Source of the DNA: Planctomycetota bacterium
GTDB lineage: Bacteria; Planctomycetota; Planctomycetia; Pirellulales; Pirellulaceae
DNA length: 64,000 nt
Direction: 5' to 3'
Assembly (NCBI GenBank): GCA_036150515.1
Contig: JAYZPA010000115.1
Span: forward strand, 1,644-65,643
In this document: piece by piece, positions 48,774 to 57,613 of the stretch
How positions within the stretch are numbered: the first letter of the stretch is position 1
Layout of the letters: every line of letters begins with the position of its first letter
Notes under the pieces: model-generated
Databases searched by the model: none
Seen by the model: only the letters and a program-made list of their open reading frames with translations
Told to the model about the DNA's origin: nothing
Position numbers and translations under genes: made by a program

Positions 48774-49597
48774 TGTTGTCCGGCCTTCGAAATTCATGGT
48801 GGCGAATTGGGTTGTTAAGTTTGGGCAGCCTCTTGTTTATTTTGCCGATGGTATGGATGTTGTTGGCGTCGGTAAAGCCAGCCGAGCAGTTAACCCGTGA
48901 TCCCTTTAGTTTTTGGCCGGTACACTGGGAATTTGGAAATTATGCCGAGGCGCTGAATTCAATACCCTACATGCGCTATCTGGCGAACTCGATCATATTG
49001 TGCACTGGTTCAGTATTGGGCACGCTCGTATCGTGTTCCTTGGTGGCCTATGGATTTGCGCGATTGCAGTGGCGGGGACGATCCACGTTATTTGCCATCC
49101 TGATTGCCACCATGCTGTTACCCTGGCATGTAACGATGATCCCGCGTTTTATATTGTTAAGCGAGTTAGGACTGTATAACCATTTGGCAGCATTAATTTT
49201 ACCGACATTTCTGGGTGATGCATTTTATATTTTTTTACTGAGGCAGTTCTTCATGTCCATCCCGGAGGATCTCAGTGAAGCTGCCCGCCTGGATGGTGCT
49301 AGCGAATTCACAATTTATTGGCGAATCATACTACCGTTAAGCAAACCCGCATTGACGGCCGTTGCTTTATTTCAGCTGATTGCAACCTGGAATGATTTTA
49401 GTGGTCCGCTGCTGTATTTGAACGATCGGGACCAGTTTCCTCTGGCCTACGGGCTTGAGCAATTTGTCAGTTCCTATTCGGACCAGACTCATTTGTTGAT
49501 GGCCGCGAGCGTCATGTTTACTTTGCCGATGGTCATTTTATTTTTTATCGCTCAAAAGAATTTCATGCAGGGATTGGTCTTTTCCGGTTCAAAATAA
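48773..49597 (+). CDS. Carbohydrate ABC transporter permease (CUT1, MalG/UgpE-like)
   Basis: The start overlaps the upstream stop (TGATG). The EAA loop is SEAARLDGASEFTIYWRIILPLSKP. Confidence 0.88.
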   Translation: MLSGLRNSWWRIGLLSLGSLLFILPMVWMLLASVKPAEQLTRDPFSFWPVHWEFGNYAEALNSIPYMRYLANSIILCTGSVLGTLVSCSLVAYGFARLQWRGRSTLFAILIATMLLPWHVTMIPRFILLSELGLYNHLAALILPTFLGDAFYIFLLRQFFMSIPEDLSEAARLDGASEFTIYWRIILPLSKPALTAVALFQLIATWNDFSGPLLYLNDRDQFPLAYGLEQFVSSYSDQTHLLMAASVMFTLPMVILFFIAQKNFMQGLVFSGSK

Positions 49598-49789
49598 TGG
49601 TGAATCGTATGCAATACCGTGGCAAAGGGCTGGCGGACGTGGGATATCATTTACGGCATTTGAAGATATGGTTACCGGTTGCGTGGAGTTGGGTTTCTCG
49701 CTAGGATTAGTTTCTCTGTAATAAAGAATTTGGAATTTGATGGAAGCACCTGAGGTGCTTCATAAGATAACGAAATGGGAGGGTTTCCT

Positions 49790-49879
49790 GTGGGAAGCAA
49801 GCGAACTGGTAAGGGCCGCCGTAAGATTGGACGAAAAAAACGTCGCATGCGTGCCAAGATCCGTCACCGCAAGAAATAA
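49790..49879 (+). CDS. Small basic protein, 29 aa, bS22-like (AURKAIP1/COX24-type ribosomal protein)
   Basis: It is below the ORF-track size cutoff. The GTG at 49790 lies 7 nt after GGGAGG. The translation is (M)GSKRTGKGRRKIGRKKRRMRAKIRHRKK*. An in-frame ATG at 49775 is the alternative start. A terminator follows. Confidence 0.65.
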   Translation: MGSKRTGKGRRKIGRKKRRMRAKIRHRKK

Positions 49880-49909
49880 GTCGGTGAAGAGAAACTTTCA
49901 ATACAGTAA

Positions 49910-49942
49910 ACGGCGTCTGCCATCGACAGGCGTCGTTTCTTC
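49910..49942 (+). terminator. Intrinsic terminator after the bS22-like ORF
   Basis: The stem ACGGCGTCTG / CAGGCGTCGT is 10 bp including 2 G-U pairs. The loop is CCATCGA and the trailer is TTCTTC. Confidence 0.55.
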
Positions 49943-50051
49943 ATGCGCTATCTCGGTGACGGCAGGGAACTCCCTTCAGACAACCGGGGATGGTAAAATC
50001 GGTTATGCCGTGACGCTCTGAGCTTCATATGATTTTGAAAAGGAAACCGAC

Positions 50052-50942
50052 ATGCTTAACCGGGCAACAAGACAATTCAGGTTCTTTTCCGGCCTCGTTT
50101 TCACTTTATTATCCGGGCCACTGCTTGCGCAGAGTCCGTACTCCTATTCCGCAGATTCCCAACGCCAGCAGGGAGTCCCCCAGGGTACCGTAACCAAGTA
50201 TGTATGGGATCAGAGTCAGGTTTTTCCAGGGACCGTACGTGACTACTGGATTTATGTACCGGCTCAATACAAGGCTTCTCAGCCTGCCTGCATCATGGTG
50301 TTCAATGACGGCCACGGATACGTTAGGGAAAACGGTCATTCTCGAGTTCCGATTGTGTTTGATAATCTGATACATAAGAAAGAAATGCCTGTCACGATCG
50401 GCTTATTTATTAATCCCGGCGTGGTGCCCGCAACAACCCAAGATGCCATTGACCGCCGAAACCGCAGTTTTGAATATGATAGTTTAGGTGATCAGTACGC
50501 CCGCTTCTTAATTGACGAGATGCTCCCGCAGGTAGGCAAACAATATCCGTTAACCGAAGATGCCCGGGGTCGTGCAATTTGTGGAATCAGCAGCGGTGGG
50601 ATAGGTGCCTTTACAGTTGCCTGGGAACGTCCGGATTATTTCACACGTGTCCTGTCGTATGTCGGCAGCTTTACCAATATCCGGGGTGGGCACGTATACC
50701 CTGCTTTGATTCGCAAGACGGAACGGAAACCGATTCGGGTTTTCCTGCAGGAAGGTGAAAAAGATCTGGATAATTTATTTGGGAACTGGCCGCTGGCAAA
50801 TCAACAGATGGCAGCCGCATTGAAATATGCCGGTTACGAACACAAACTTGTGATGGGAGTCGAAGGACATAGTGGCCGCCATGGCGGCACAATATTACCG
50901 GACGCTCTGCGTTGGCTGTGGAGTGATTACCCGATTCGATAA
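50052..50942 (+). CDS. Secreted alpha/beta hydrolase of the putative-esterase family (enterochelin esterase-like)
   Basis: It has a signal peptide, then YWIYVPAQY, the nucleophile elbow GISSGG and a C-terminal HSGRHGG. Confidence 0.7.
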   Translation: MLNRATRQFRFFSGLVFTLLSGPLLAQSPYSYSADSQRQQGVPQGTVTKYVWDQSQVFPGTVRDYWIYVPAQYKASQPACIMVFNDGHGYVRENGHSRVPIVFDNLIHKKEMPVTIGLFINPGVVPATTQDAIDRRNRSFEYDSLGDQYARFLIDEMLPQVGKQYPLTEDARGRAICGISSGGIGAFTVAWERPDYFTRVLSYVGSFTNIRGGHVYPALIRKTERKPIRVFLQEGEKDLDNLFGNWPLANQQMAAALKYAGYEHKLVMGVEGHSGRHGGTILPDALRWLWSDYPIR

Positions 50943-51018
50943 TGCGAGTGCGGTGCCCCGGATTCTCGATGGGCTGGATTGAAATACCCAAGGAACGTTT
51001 TCAGGAGATGACCCTAAC

Positions 51019-51912
51019 ATGATTGACTTACGATGGATGAAAGTCCTCATAACGGTTACCGCTTTCACCCTGGGGGGGCCGTGGGCTCTGGCACAGGATT
51101 TACCCTTATCGATGATCATAATCGAAGGTGAAGACTGGGAATTAGTTTCCGAAGGACATCAATTTACCGAGGGCCCCGCCGTGAACGCCGAGGGAGAGGT
51201 GTTCTTCACGGATGTACCGACATCGGAGATATTCAAGATTGATTTAGCAGGTAAGGTTACCCGCTGGACCGATCAGTCCGAACGGACTGCCGGAGCGATG
51301 TTTGGTCCCAACGGAGTTCTGTATGGTACCAGCATGGGTGCCGGCGCGATTGTCAAGTTTAGTGAATCCGGTAAACCCACCCCCATTGTGAGTGACGTTC
51401 AGTGTAACGATTTAGTTGTAACCGGCAGGGGAGCAATTTATTTTACGGATCACATCAATAAGAAGTTGTTTTATATTTCGCCTCAGGGTGATTTGAGGCA
51501 GGTGGATCAGGATATTGCCTTGCCGAACGGTTTGATTCTGTGGCCGGATCAGCAGCAACTTGTTGTGTCCAACACCTATGGCAGTGAGTTATGGACCTAT
51601 CGTATCGAAAAGGACGGCAGTCTTTCGCATAAACAGGCATATAGCACGATGCGTCTGCCTCATGGGAATGCACAGAGTGGTGCGGACGGCATGACGGTTG
51701 ACAAAGTGGGACGCATTTACGTCTGTACCCATGAAGGCGTACAGGTTTTTGATACGCAGGGACGGCTCAGTGGAATATTGGCAAAGCCACAGCAAAAGTT
51801 TTTGTCGAACATCTGTTTTGGAGGTGCTCAACTGGACACCATTTACGTGACCACTACGGACAAGGTATACCGCCGTAAACTGAACACCCAGGGCGTACGA
51901 TTTTCAAAGTAA
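51019..51912 (+). CDS. SMP-30/gluconolactonase/LRE family protein (secreted six-bladed propeller)
   Basis: It has a signal peptide, then FTEGPAVNAEGEVFFTD, LPNGLILWPD, ADGMTVD and NICFGG. Confidence 0.8.
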   Translation: MIDLRWMKVLITVTAFTLGGPWALAQDLPLSMIIIEGEDWELVSEGHQFTEGPAVNAEGEVFFTDVPTSEIFKIDLAGKVTRWTDQSERTAGAMFGPNGVLYGTSMGAGAIVKFSESGKPTPIVSDVQCNDLVVTGRGAIYFTDHINKKLFYISPQGDLRQVDQDIALPNGLILWPDQQQLVVSNTYGSELWTYRIEKDGSLSHKQAYSTMRLPHGNAQSGADGMTVDKVGRIYVCTHEGVQVFDTQGRLSGILAKPQQKFLSNICFGGAQLDTIYVTTTDKVYRRKLNTQGVRFSK

Positions 51913-51935
51913 GACCGGAACCACCTGGGCGAGCA

Positions 51936-52847
51936 TTACTGCCATTGTACTCCGGACATCGAAGCCAGAGCCAATTGTAAAGCATGGGTTCCATCACGAC
52001 CGTGACCCTGAGCTCGGAGTCCCTCATAGAGCTGTCTAGCCAGTGCCAGTCCGGGAAGACAGAGTCCCATTTTATTTGCTTCGTCCAGTGCGATTCCCAT
52101 ATCTTTAATGAAGTGTTCGACGAAGAATCCCGGATCAAAATTCTTGTCGATGATGCGTGGACCGAGGTTGGACAGGGACCAGCTCCCTGCGGCTCCCGAA
52201 CTGACCGATTCCATCACGGTTGGCAGATCCAGACCTGCTTTAAATCCGTATAACAACGCTTCGCAGACTCCGATCATATTGGTGGCAATCAGAGTTTGAT
52301 TGACCATTTTCGTATGCTGTCCTGCCCCGGCGGGTCCTTGATGGACAATGGTGCTGCCCATGGCATCCCACATGGGTTGGAGTGCATTGACAATCGGTGG
52401 ATCACCGCCGATCATAATCGAAAGTGTTCCATTACGTGCTCCCACATCACCACCTGAAACCGGAGCATCAACGCTGTGGACTCCTTTTTCTGCAGCGGCT
52501 TGATAGATTTCCACGGCCAGTGATGGTTCGCTGGTGGTCATGTCGACCAGGATATTTCCTGCCTGGCTGCCTGCCAGAGCTCCCTGGTCACCGAGGAATA
52601 CCTCTCGAACATCTGCCGGAAAGCCGACGATGGCGAATGTTACATCACTGTTTTCTGCAACGGCTCGGGGACTTTCCACCCACTGGGCACCCTGTTCAAT
52701 CAATTCCTGAGCTTTGTCGGGACTGCGGGTATAAATGGTTGCCTGAAACCCCTGCTGCATAAGGTGAGCGCACATGCTGGATCCCATGACGCCGGTTCCG
52801 ATCCAGCCAATTCTTGTCGTGCCTGTGTCAATGCTGATGTCATTCAT
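51936..52847 (-). CDS. NAD(P)-dependent beta-hydroxyacid dehydrogenase family oxidoreductase (3-hydroxyisobutyrate / tartronate semialdehyde reductase-like)
   Basis: ORF 51936..52901; I prefer the ATG at 52847 (MNDISID). The Rossmann motif is [13 protein letters not shown]. The catalytic-region motifs are DAPVSGG and KMVNQ. Confidence 0.85.
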   Translation of the reverse strand: MNDISIDTGTTRIGWIGTGVMGSSMCAHLMQQGFQATIYTRSPDKAQELIEQGAQWVESPRAVAENSDVTFAIVGFPADVREVFLGDQGALAGSQAGNILVDMTTSEPSLAVEIYQAAAEKGVHSVDAPVSGGDVGARNGTLSIMIGGDPPIVNALQPMWDAMGSTIVHQGPAGAGQHTKMVNQTLIATNMIGVCEALLYGFKAGLDLPTVMESVSSGAAGSWSLSNLGPRIIDKNFDPGFFVEHFIKDMGIALDEANKMGLCLPGLALARQLYEGLRAQGHGRDGTHALQLALASMSGVQWQ

Positions 52848-53007
52848 GTCGTGGACCCTGAAAATAGATAGAGGAATTTGAATAGGATGGAACGGGTACA
52901 AACCTGAAGGGGTCTGGCAATCAATCCCGTTTTGTTATTTCTGATTTTATCCTAGGCGATGCATGCAATGTGACAAAGCGGACTCACGGCATTAATTCAG
53001 AAGACGA

Positions 53008-53454
53008 TTACCACCGATGTTCGGGCCGATTGAATATCTCACTGAGAATAAAAGCGTTACGGGGTCCGTGGGGTTGCCGTAGAATTTCAAATGCATCCGG
53101 AGCGATGGGTATTTGGTGAGTACGATCCGATTCAAACGATGACTTTCCCTTGAATTCGGAGAGATCGACGGGATCGATAATTTCGTCAGTGGGGTCATGG
53201 TGTTGTTTGACATATTCGTCAAACACATTTTCATCGCCAAAATGTTTGATGACCGTATGTTCATTACCGGTGCTGTCAGGGCGTGTTGCCGTTGGCTTGA
53301 CGGGGCGTGTTGCCGTTGGCTTGACGGAGCGTGTTTTGGATTTGGCAGCCTCGCGCATGGCTTTTTGACGAGCAATCTGCTCGGCCTGCTGTCGTTGGGC
53401 TTCTTCAAGAGCCTTAGTAACGCCCTTGACAATTTTATCTAAGAACAGGAGCAC
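53008..53454 (-). CDS. Hypothetical protein, last gene of the flotillin operon; contains a KPTATRP(V/D) tandem repeat
   Basis: Its GTG start at 53454 overlaps the floA stop by 1 nt (TAGTG). It has an N-terminal helical Lys/Gln-rich region. I recognise no family. Confidence 0.5.
   Translation of the reverse strand: MLLFLDKIVKGVTKALEEAQRQQAEQIARQKAMREAAKSKTRSVKPTATRPVKPTATRPDSTGNEHTVIKHFGDENVFDEYVKQHHDPTDEIIDPVDLSEFKGKSSFESDRTHQIPIAPDAFEILRQPHGPRNAFILSEIFNRPEHRW
53281..53335. repeat. 24-bp perfect-to-near-perfect tandem repeat, 2.3 copies
   Basis: GCGTGTTGCCGTTGGCTTGACGGG lies at 53281-53304 and GCGTGTTGCCGTTGGCTTGACGGA at 53305-53328. A partial GCGTGTT follows. It encodes VKPTATRP twice on the minus strand. 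Confidence 0.9.
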
Positions 53455-54536
53455 TAGGAATTATCTCCATCGTCGTAGGGCTGGTGATCCGTGACCGTGG
53501 TGGAAAAGGATGTTCGCATGTTGGTATCTGCCTGAATATTCCGGATACGATAGTAATCCATGATGGAGAGGCGCCCGTTATCCAATGCATCGGAGATGGA
53601 CTGAGGCACTTCAGCCTCGGCCTTCACAAGTTTAGCTTCGCTTTCGGCAATGGATGCAGTTTGTTCCTGCTCAGCTGCAACGGCCATAGCACGACGTCCC
53701 TCGGCTCTTGCTCTGGCGACGCGTGTATCGGCTTCGGCCTGATCCGCTTGCAGTCGCGCACCAATATTTGTGCCAACATCAATATCGGCGATATCGATCG
53801 AGACAATTTCAAAGGCAGTTTGTGAATCGAGGTTTTTTGCCAATACGGCACGAGAAATCAAGTCGGGATTTTCAAGCACTTTGGAGTAGGTTTCGGTTGA
53901 TCCAATGGCACTAACAATTCCTTCTCCAACACGAGCCATGATGGTCTCCTCTGAAGCTCCACCGATTAACTGCTGCAGGTTCGCTCGAACCGTAACCCGT
54001 GCTCGTACTCGTAGCTGAATGCCGTCTCGCGCAACGGCATCGAGTGTTTTTTTGCCGGACTCTGATGACGGACAGTCGATCACTTTCGGATAGACACTGG
54101 TTCGCACCGCTTCCAGTATATTACGACCGGCACGGTCAATGGCCATGGCTTCCGGGAATGTCAAGGCAATGATCTTTGCTTTGCGAGCAGCAATCAGAGA
54201 GCGAATCACCAACGGGACATTGCCGCCGGCGAGATGGTGTGAACACAGTGCTTCAACCGTAACTCCATCAGCTTCTGTCATGTCGGCTTTCACCGCCATG
54301 ATCTTACTCTGAACGATCATACTGACCGGTATTTTTTTGAACGTCATGCTTAATAGATCGATAAATCCGATTCCGGCACGCGTTAGCTTACATTGAATAT
54401 ATAAGCGGAAGTAAACAACAAATATAAAAAGTGCGACCAAAAAGCAAATTAATGCAAAGATGGTCAGTCCTGTCATGAATTCGGTGCTCTGAGCCAACGG
54501 AGTTAAAGGCGGTGTCATGTTCATGTCGTTGACCAT
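53454..54536 (-). CDS. floA: Flotillin-like protein FloA (UPF0365/YqfA family)
   Basis: The similarity to my recollection of B. subtilis FloA is long. Shared segments are HHLAGGNV..VIRSLIAA.KA, AIDRAGRNILEAV, RVTVRANL.QLIGGASEETIMARVGEGIVS.IGS, FEIVSIDIADIDVG.NIGA.LQADQAEAD and RRAMAVA.EQE. Confidence 0.92.
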   Translation of the reverse strand: MVNDMNMTPPLTPLAQSTEFMTGLTIFALICFLVALFIFVVYFRLYIQCKLTRAGIGFIDLLSMTFKKIPVSMIVQSKIMAVKADMTEADGVTVEALCSHHLAGGNVPLVIRSLIAARKAKIIALTFPEAMAIDRAGRNILEAVRTSVYPKVIDCPSSESGKKTLDAVARDGIQLRVRARVTVRANLQQLIGGASEETIMARVGEGIVSAIGSTETYSKVLENPDLISRAVLAKNLDSQTAFEIVSIDIADIDVGTNIGARLQADQAEADTRVARARAEGRRAMAVAAEQEQTASIAESEAKLVKAEAEVPQSISDALDNGRLSIMDYYRIRNIQADTNMRTSFSTTVTDHQPYDDGDNS

Positions 54537-54640
54537 TTACAAAAGGAAGAACGGGAATGTGCTATTGAATGGTACCTTCATACAGGCATAACCTGTTTTA
54601 CCAAACTTCAAGCTTGACGACATCATAAACACAAAAAAAA

Positions 54641-55222
54641 CTAAGACTCGTCCTGCTGGAAACGGTCATCGATGTTGTCTTCGAACATCGAATAGTCAGG
54701 ATCTTCCACATCCAGTGTGGTTGGTTGCTCGCTGGTTCCGGCTGTATCCGATTCCAACAATTCCACCAGAATGCGGTTTCCTTTGACACTGGTTACTCGC
54801 ACAATGCTTCCCTCAGGGATCAGTGTGCCCTGGCTAACGGCATCATACCGGGTGCCGTCAATATCGACTTCACCATTAGGCATTAACGTTGATTTGCTAA
54901 GCCCTTGAGCACCTTGCAGATGCTGGAGATTCACGGTAATCGCATCCGATACATGGATATCCGGGGGCATCGCTTTCTTCCCGATCGGTGTATGAGGCCA
55001 CAGCTTGATCATTGCCATCACCATGCCACAGGCAGTTACCAGTGACACGCAGAGGATGATTCCTCCGGTGGTATTGTCCGTCTGAAAGCCCATCACAATC
55101 GCACCAATAAACGCAGCGGCAGCCAGAATTCCGATAACACCTCCGGAAGGTACAAACATTTCGAGAACGATTAAAGCCGCACCGATCAGAATTAAAGCGA
55201 CCGCCCAGACCAATGGAGTCAT
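54641..55222 (-). CDS. NfeD family protein (short form: three TM helices plus a C-terminal OB-fold)
   Basis: The N-terminal membrane segments begin MTPLVWAVALILIGAALIVLEMFVPSGG. The C-terminal NfeD OB domain reads GEVDIDGTRYDAVSQGTLIPEGSIVRVTSVKGNRILV. Confidence 0.8.
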   Translation of the reverse strand: MTPLVWAVALILIGAALIVLEMFVPSGGVIGILAAAAFIGAIVMGFQTDNTTGGIILCVSLVTACGMVMAMIKLWPHTPIGKKAMPPDIHVSDAITVNLQHLQGAQGLSKSTLMPNGEVDIDGTRYDAVSQGTLIPEGSIVRVTSVKGNRILVELLESDTAGTSEQPTTLDVEDPDYSMFEDNIDDRFQQDES

Positions 55223-55274
55223 GTTTATCTTTCAGAAGAATTCAAACTTAGTTGAAATTGACGATGATGTTTGA

Positions 55275-57467
55275 TTATACGTCTACCGAGACCACAATGC
55301 GATTCCCTTTGACATCAACTACTTTGATCTGACTGCCCACCTCCACCATTTTTCCATCGCTGATGACATCATAAACCTTATCCTCGATTTTCACTTTTCC
55401 AGCAGGTGAAAGAGGTGTAATGGTGGTCCCGCTTAGCCCGGTCAGAAATTCCCAATGAACCAGTGATTCACTCCATTGCGTATCTGCCTGTTCCTGGGCA
55501 CTCGAACGGGCTGGTGCAAGCATTTTTCCCAGCCAGGTATCGCTTAGCGTTCGCGTCAGGAAAACATACAGCAAAACCACAATCAGGCTGGAGGCAATGA
55601 TCGTCGTGATGGAACGCAGCATGAGATTGGTCTGGAAATCATTTTGAGGGATCACAAATGTCTGACTCGCCAATACCAGCCCCACAAGAACCAAACCCAG
55701 ACCGCTGAAACCAAACAATCCAAATCCAGGAATGACAAATAATTCCAACGCGATGCACAATAGGCCAATGATGATCAACACGACTTCCAGTGCATTCACT
55801 GTGCCATTGAGTTCTTTTGACCAGAGGAACAAACCAAAACAGACCAATGACAGGATACCGGGTACGCCCAGTCCGGGCGTACCAATTTCAGTAATGAGTC
55901 CCCAGATTCCGATGGTCAACATAATATTGGCAAACCAACCGTTTTTGGCGAATTCTTCGATGGCCGCGACCCATGGTCTTTGCGTCTGTGGTTCGATGGT
56001 GGTATCCAGACCATAATGCTGGAGAACCTGAGCGATACTATCCATGGTCTGATTGGTCAGTCCAAGTTGACGGAGTTCTGCAGAGTTGAAGCCGTCATGA
56101 GTTTCCACGAGCTCTTGTTTTTGCCAGTTTTCGGATTGAGGTTGGTCATTCCACTGTTCGGAGCAAAAAGCGAGTTGTTCGCCGGTTAATCGTTGACGAT
56201 AGATATGGATGGCTAGTTTTGGGTCAACCGCGGCTGCATAAATTGACCAGGCACGCTGCTTGGATAATGCCAGTTTTTTGATGGGTGGTTGAATATCCAG
56301 TAGCTCTTCTGAGGAGAGAGGTTGATTCCCAGCACCTCCGATGGTGGCACGCTGACTGAGAAAGATCTCATCGCAGGCCAGCACGACCAACGCCGTTGAT
56401 TCCAGTGCCTGATTCTCAACGAATGCGACGGTCTGAATGTTGTGTTCCAGCTCAGCGATCGTGTTTGACAAATGCAGAATTGCCGAATAATCTCCACCAC
56501 TGGAATCGACCTGAAATCCAAGCCAGTTATATCCATCATCGACCAATTGTTTAACAAGTAATGACGTTTCATTGATTTTGTTAGCCGTCAGATTACCTGA
56601 ACTGTTGGTTGACCGCAGATCGATCAGCACAGGTCGCTGGTCGCCAATCGTAACAGCATCTTTGATGAACAGATTGGGCGCAATATTTAATTCGGCCCTG
56701 AGAGCGGTGTCGGTGTTTGCCAGCAGGTCGATAGGAATGTGATTTTTGCTGAGCATGGTGGATGACAGTTGCAGGAGTTCTCCGGCTTCGGAAATCGTCG
56801 TTTCTTTGGTAAAACCACCTGCAGCGGACAGTCGATCGCGTTCGGGCTGAGTGGCATAAGTAATGCCCTCTTGATGGGTCAATTCGTAAACGGTTTGAGT
56901 GGAATCCAGCAGTCCATCCACAAGTGCCTGAGGTAACAATTGGTTGGATCGTGCAAGCCGGTGGTAATCTTCCAGCATCGCCTGATGTGCACCAGGCTGA
57001 TCGGATGTTTCAAATGTCAGCGGTCCAATGGTGGTTTCCGGTGCGACGAAGATCTGTTCGCAGGCCAAAGCCGGCAGCAGGACATGGTCGGTAACCTTTC
57101 CCTCTAGCAGGGCGACCGTACGGCATCGCGTACGAATATCGCTGTTTTCCAGACGGCTGGCGAGTACGTTACAGGCTTCATAGGAACTTGCGTGTTGAGG
57201 GTTGGACAGGAACCTCAATATCAAGAAAGGCCTTTGATGCTTTCCGGTAGTGGATTGCATTTTTGTAAGTCGTGCTACCGCCTGATCGATGGAGTTGATC
57301 AGCTGCTCGCTGGTTTTCAGTTCAATCGGTAACTGCACTTGTAACATGAGTGCGGCAGAGCTGGATTCCTCGGAAGGTTGCCAGCCGAGAATGTTTGCCG
57401 TTGTCGCAATTAGCCCTACCAATAGAAAGCCAACGGCAAACGTTTTGTTTTGCATGAATGTCCGCAT
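55275..57467 (-). CDS. Large NfeD family protein: two ClpP-class-like periplasmic domains, a TM bundle and an NfeD OB-fold
   Basis: This is a 730-aa ORF. The internal duplication is TVALLEGKVTDHVLLPALACEQIFVAPETTIGP versus TVAFVENQALESTALVVLACDEIFLSQRATIGG. A hydrophobic region follows, about aa 505-640. The C-terminus is GKVKIEDKVYDVISDGKMVEVGSQIKVVDVKGNRIVV. Confidence 0.75.
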   Translation of the reverse strand: MRTFMQNKTFAVGFLLVGLIATTANILGWQPSEESSSAALMLQVQLPIELKTSEQLINSIDQAVARLTKMQSTTGKHQRPFLILRFLSNPQHASSYEACNVLASRLENSDIRTRCRTVALLEGKVTDHVLLPALACEQIFVAPETTIGPLTFETSDQPGAHQAMLEDYHRLARSNQLLPQALVDGLLDSTQTVYELTHQEGITYATQPERDRLSAAGGFTKETTISEAGELLQLSSTMLSKNHIPIDLLANTDTALRAELNIAPNLFIKDAVTIGDQRPVLIDLRSTNSSGNLTANKINETSLLVKQLVDDGYNWLGFQVDSSGGDYSAILHLSNTIAELEHNIQTVAFVENQALESTALVVLACDEIFLSQRATIGGAGNQPLSSEELLDIQPPIKKLALSKQRAWSIYAAAVDPKLAIHIYRQRLTGEQLAFCSEQWNDQPQSENWQKQELVETHDGFNSAELRQLGLTNQTMDSIAQVLQHYGLDTTIEPQTQRPWVAAIEEFAKNGWFANIMLTIGIWGLITEIGTPGLGVPGILSLVCFGLFLWSKELNGTVNALEVVLIIIGLLCIALELFVIPGFGLFGFSGLGLVLVGLVLASQTFVIPQNDFQTNLMLRSITTIIASSLIVVLLYVFLTRTLSDTWLGKMLAPARSSAQEQADTQWSESLVHWEFLTGLSGTTITPLSPAGKVKIEDKVYDVISDGKMVEVGSQIKVVDVKGNRIVVSVDV

Positions 57468-57613
57468 CAGAACGTTTTACATACCTCAGTGATTCGATCG
57501 ATAAACGGTCGCTTGTATGGGATCCCAGATTATAGCAATTACAGGTCCGCATATATCAGGGGAATTTGCAATCCAGCAGTAAAACAGGATTTATCGGAGC
57601 AAACGGGAGAGGC

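Noticed and set aside
49743-49761. A perfect 8-bp hairpin GAAGCACC-TGA-GGTGCTTC just upstream of the bS22-like ORF.
   Set aside because: It has no U-tract and no comparative support. It may be a leader structure, but I cannot assign a function, so it is noted only as context for the small-ORF finding.
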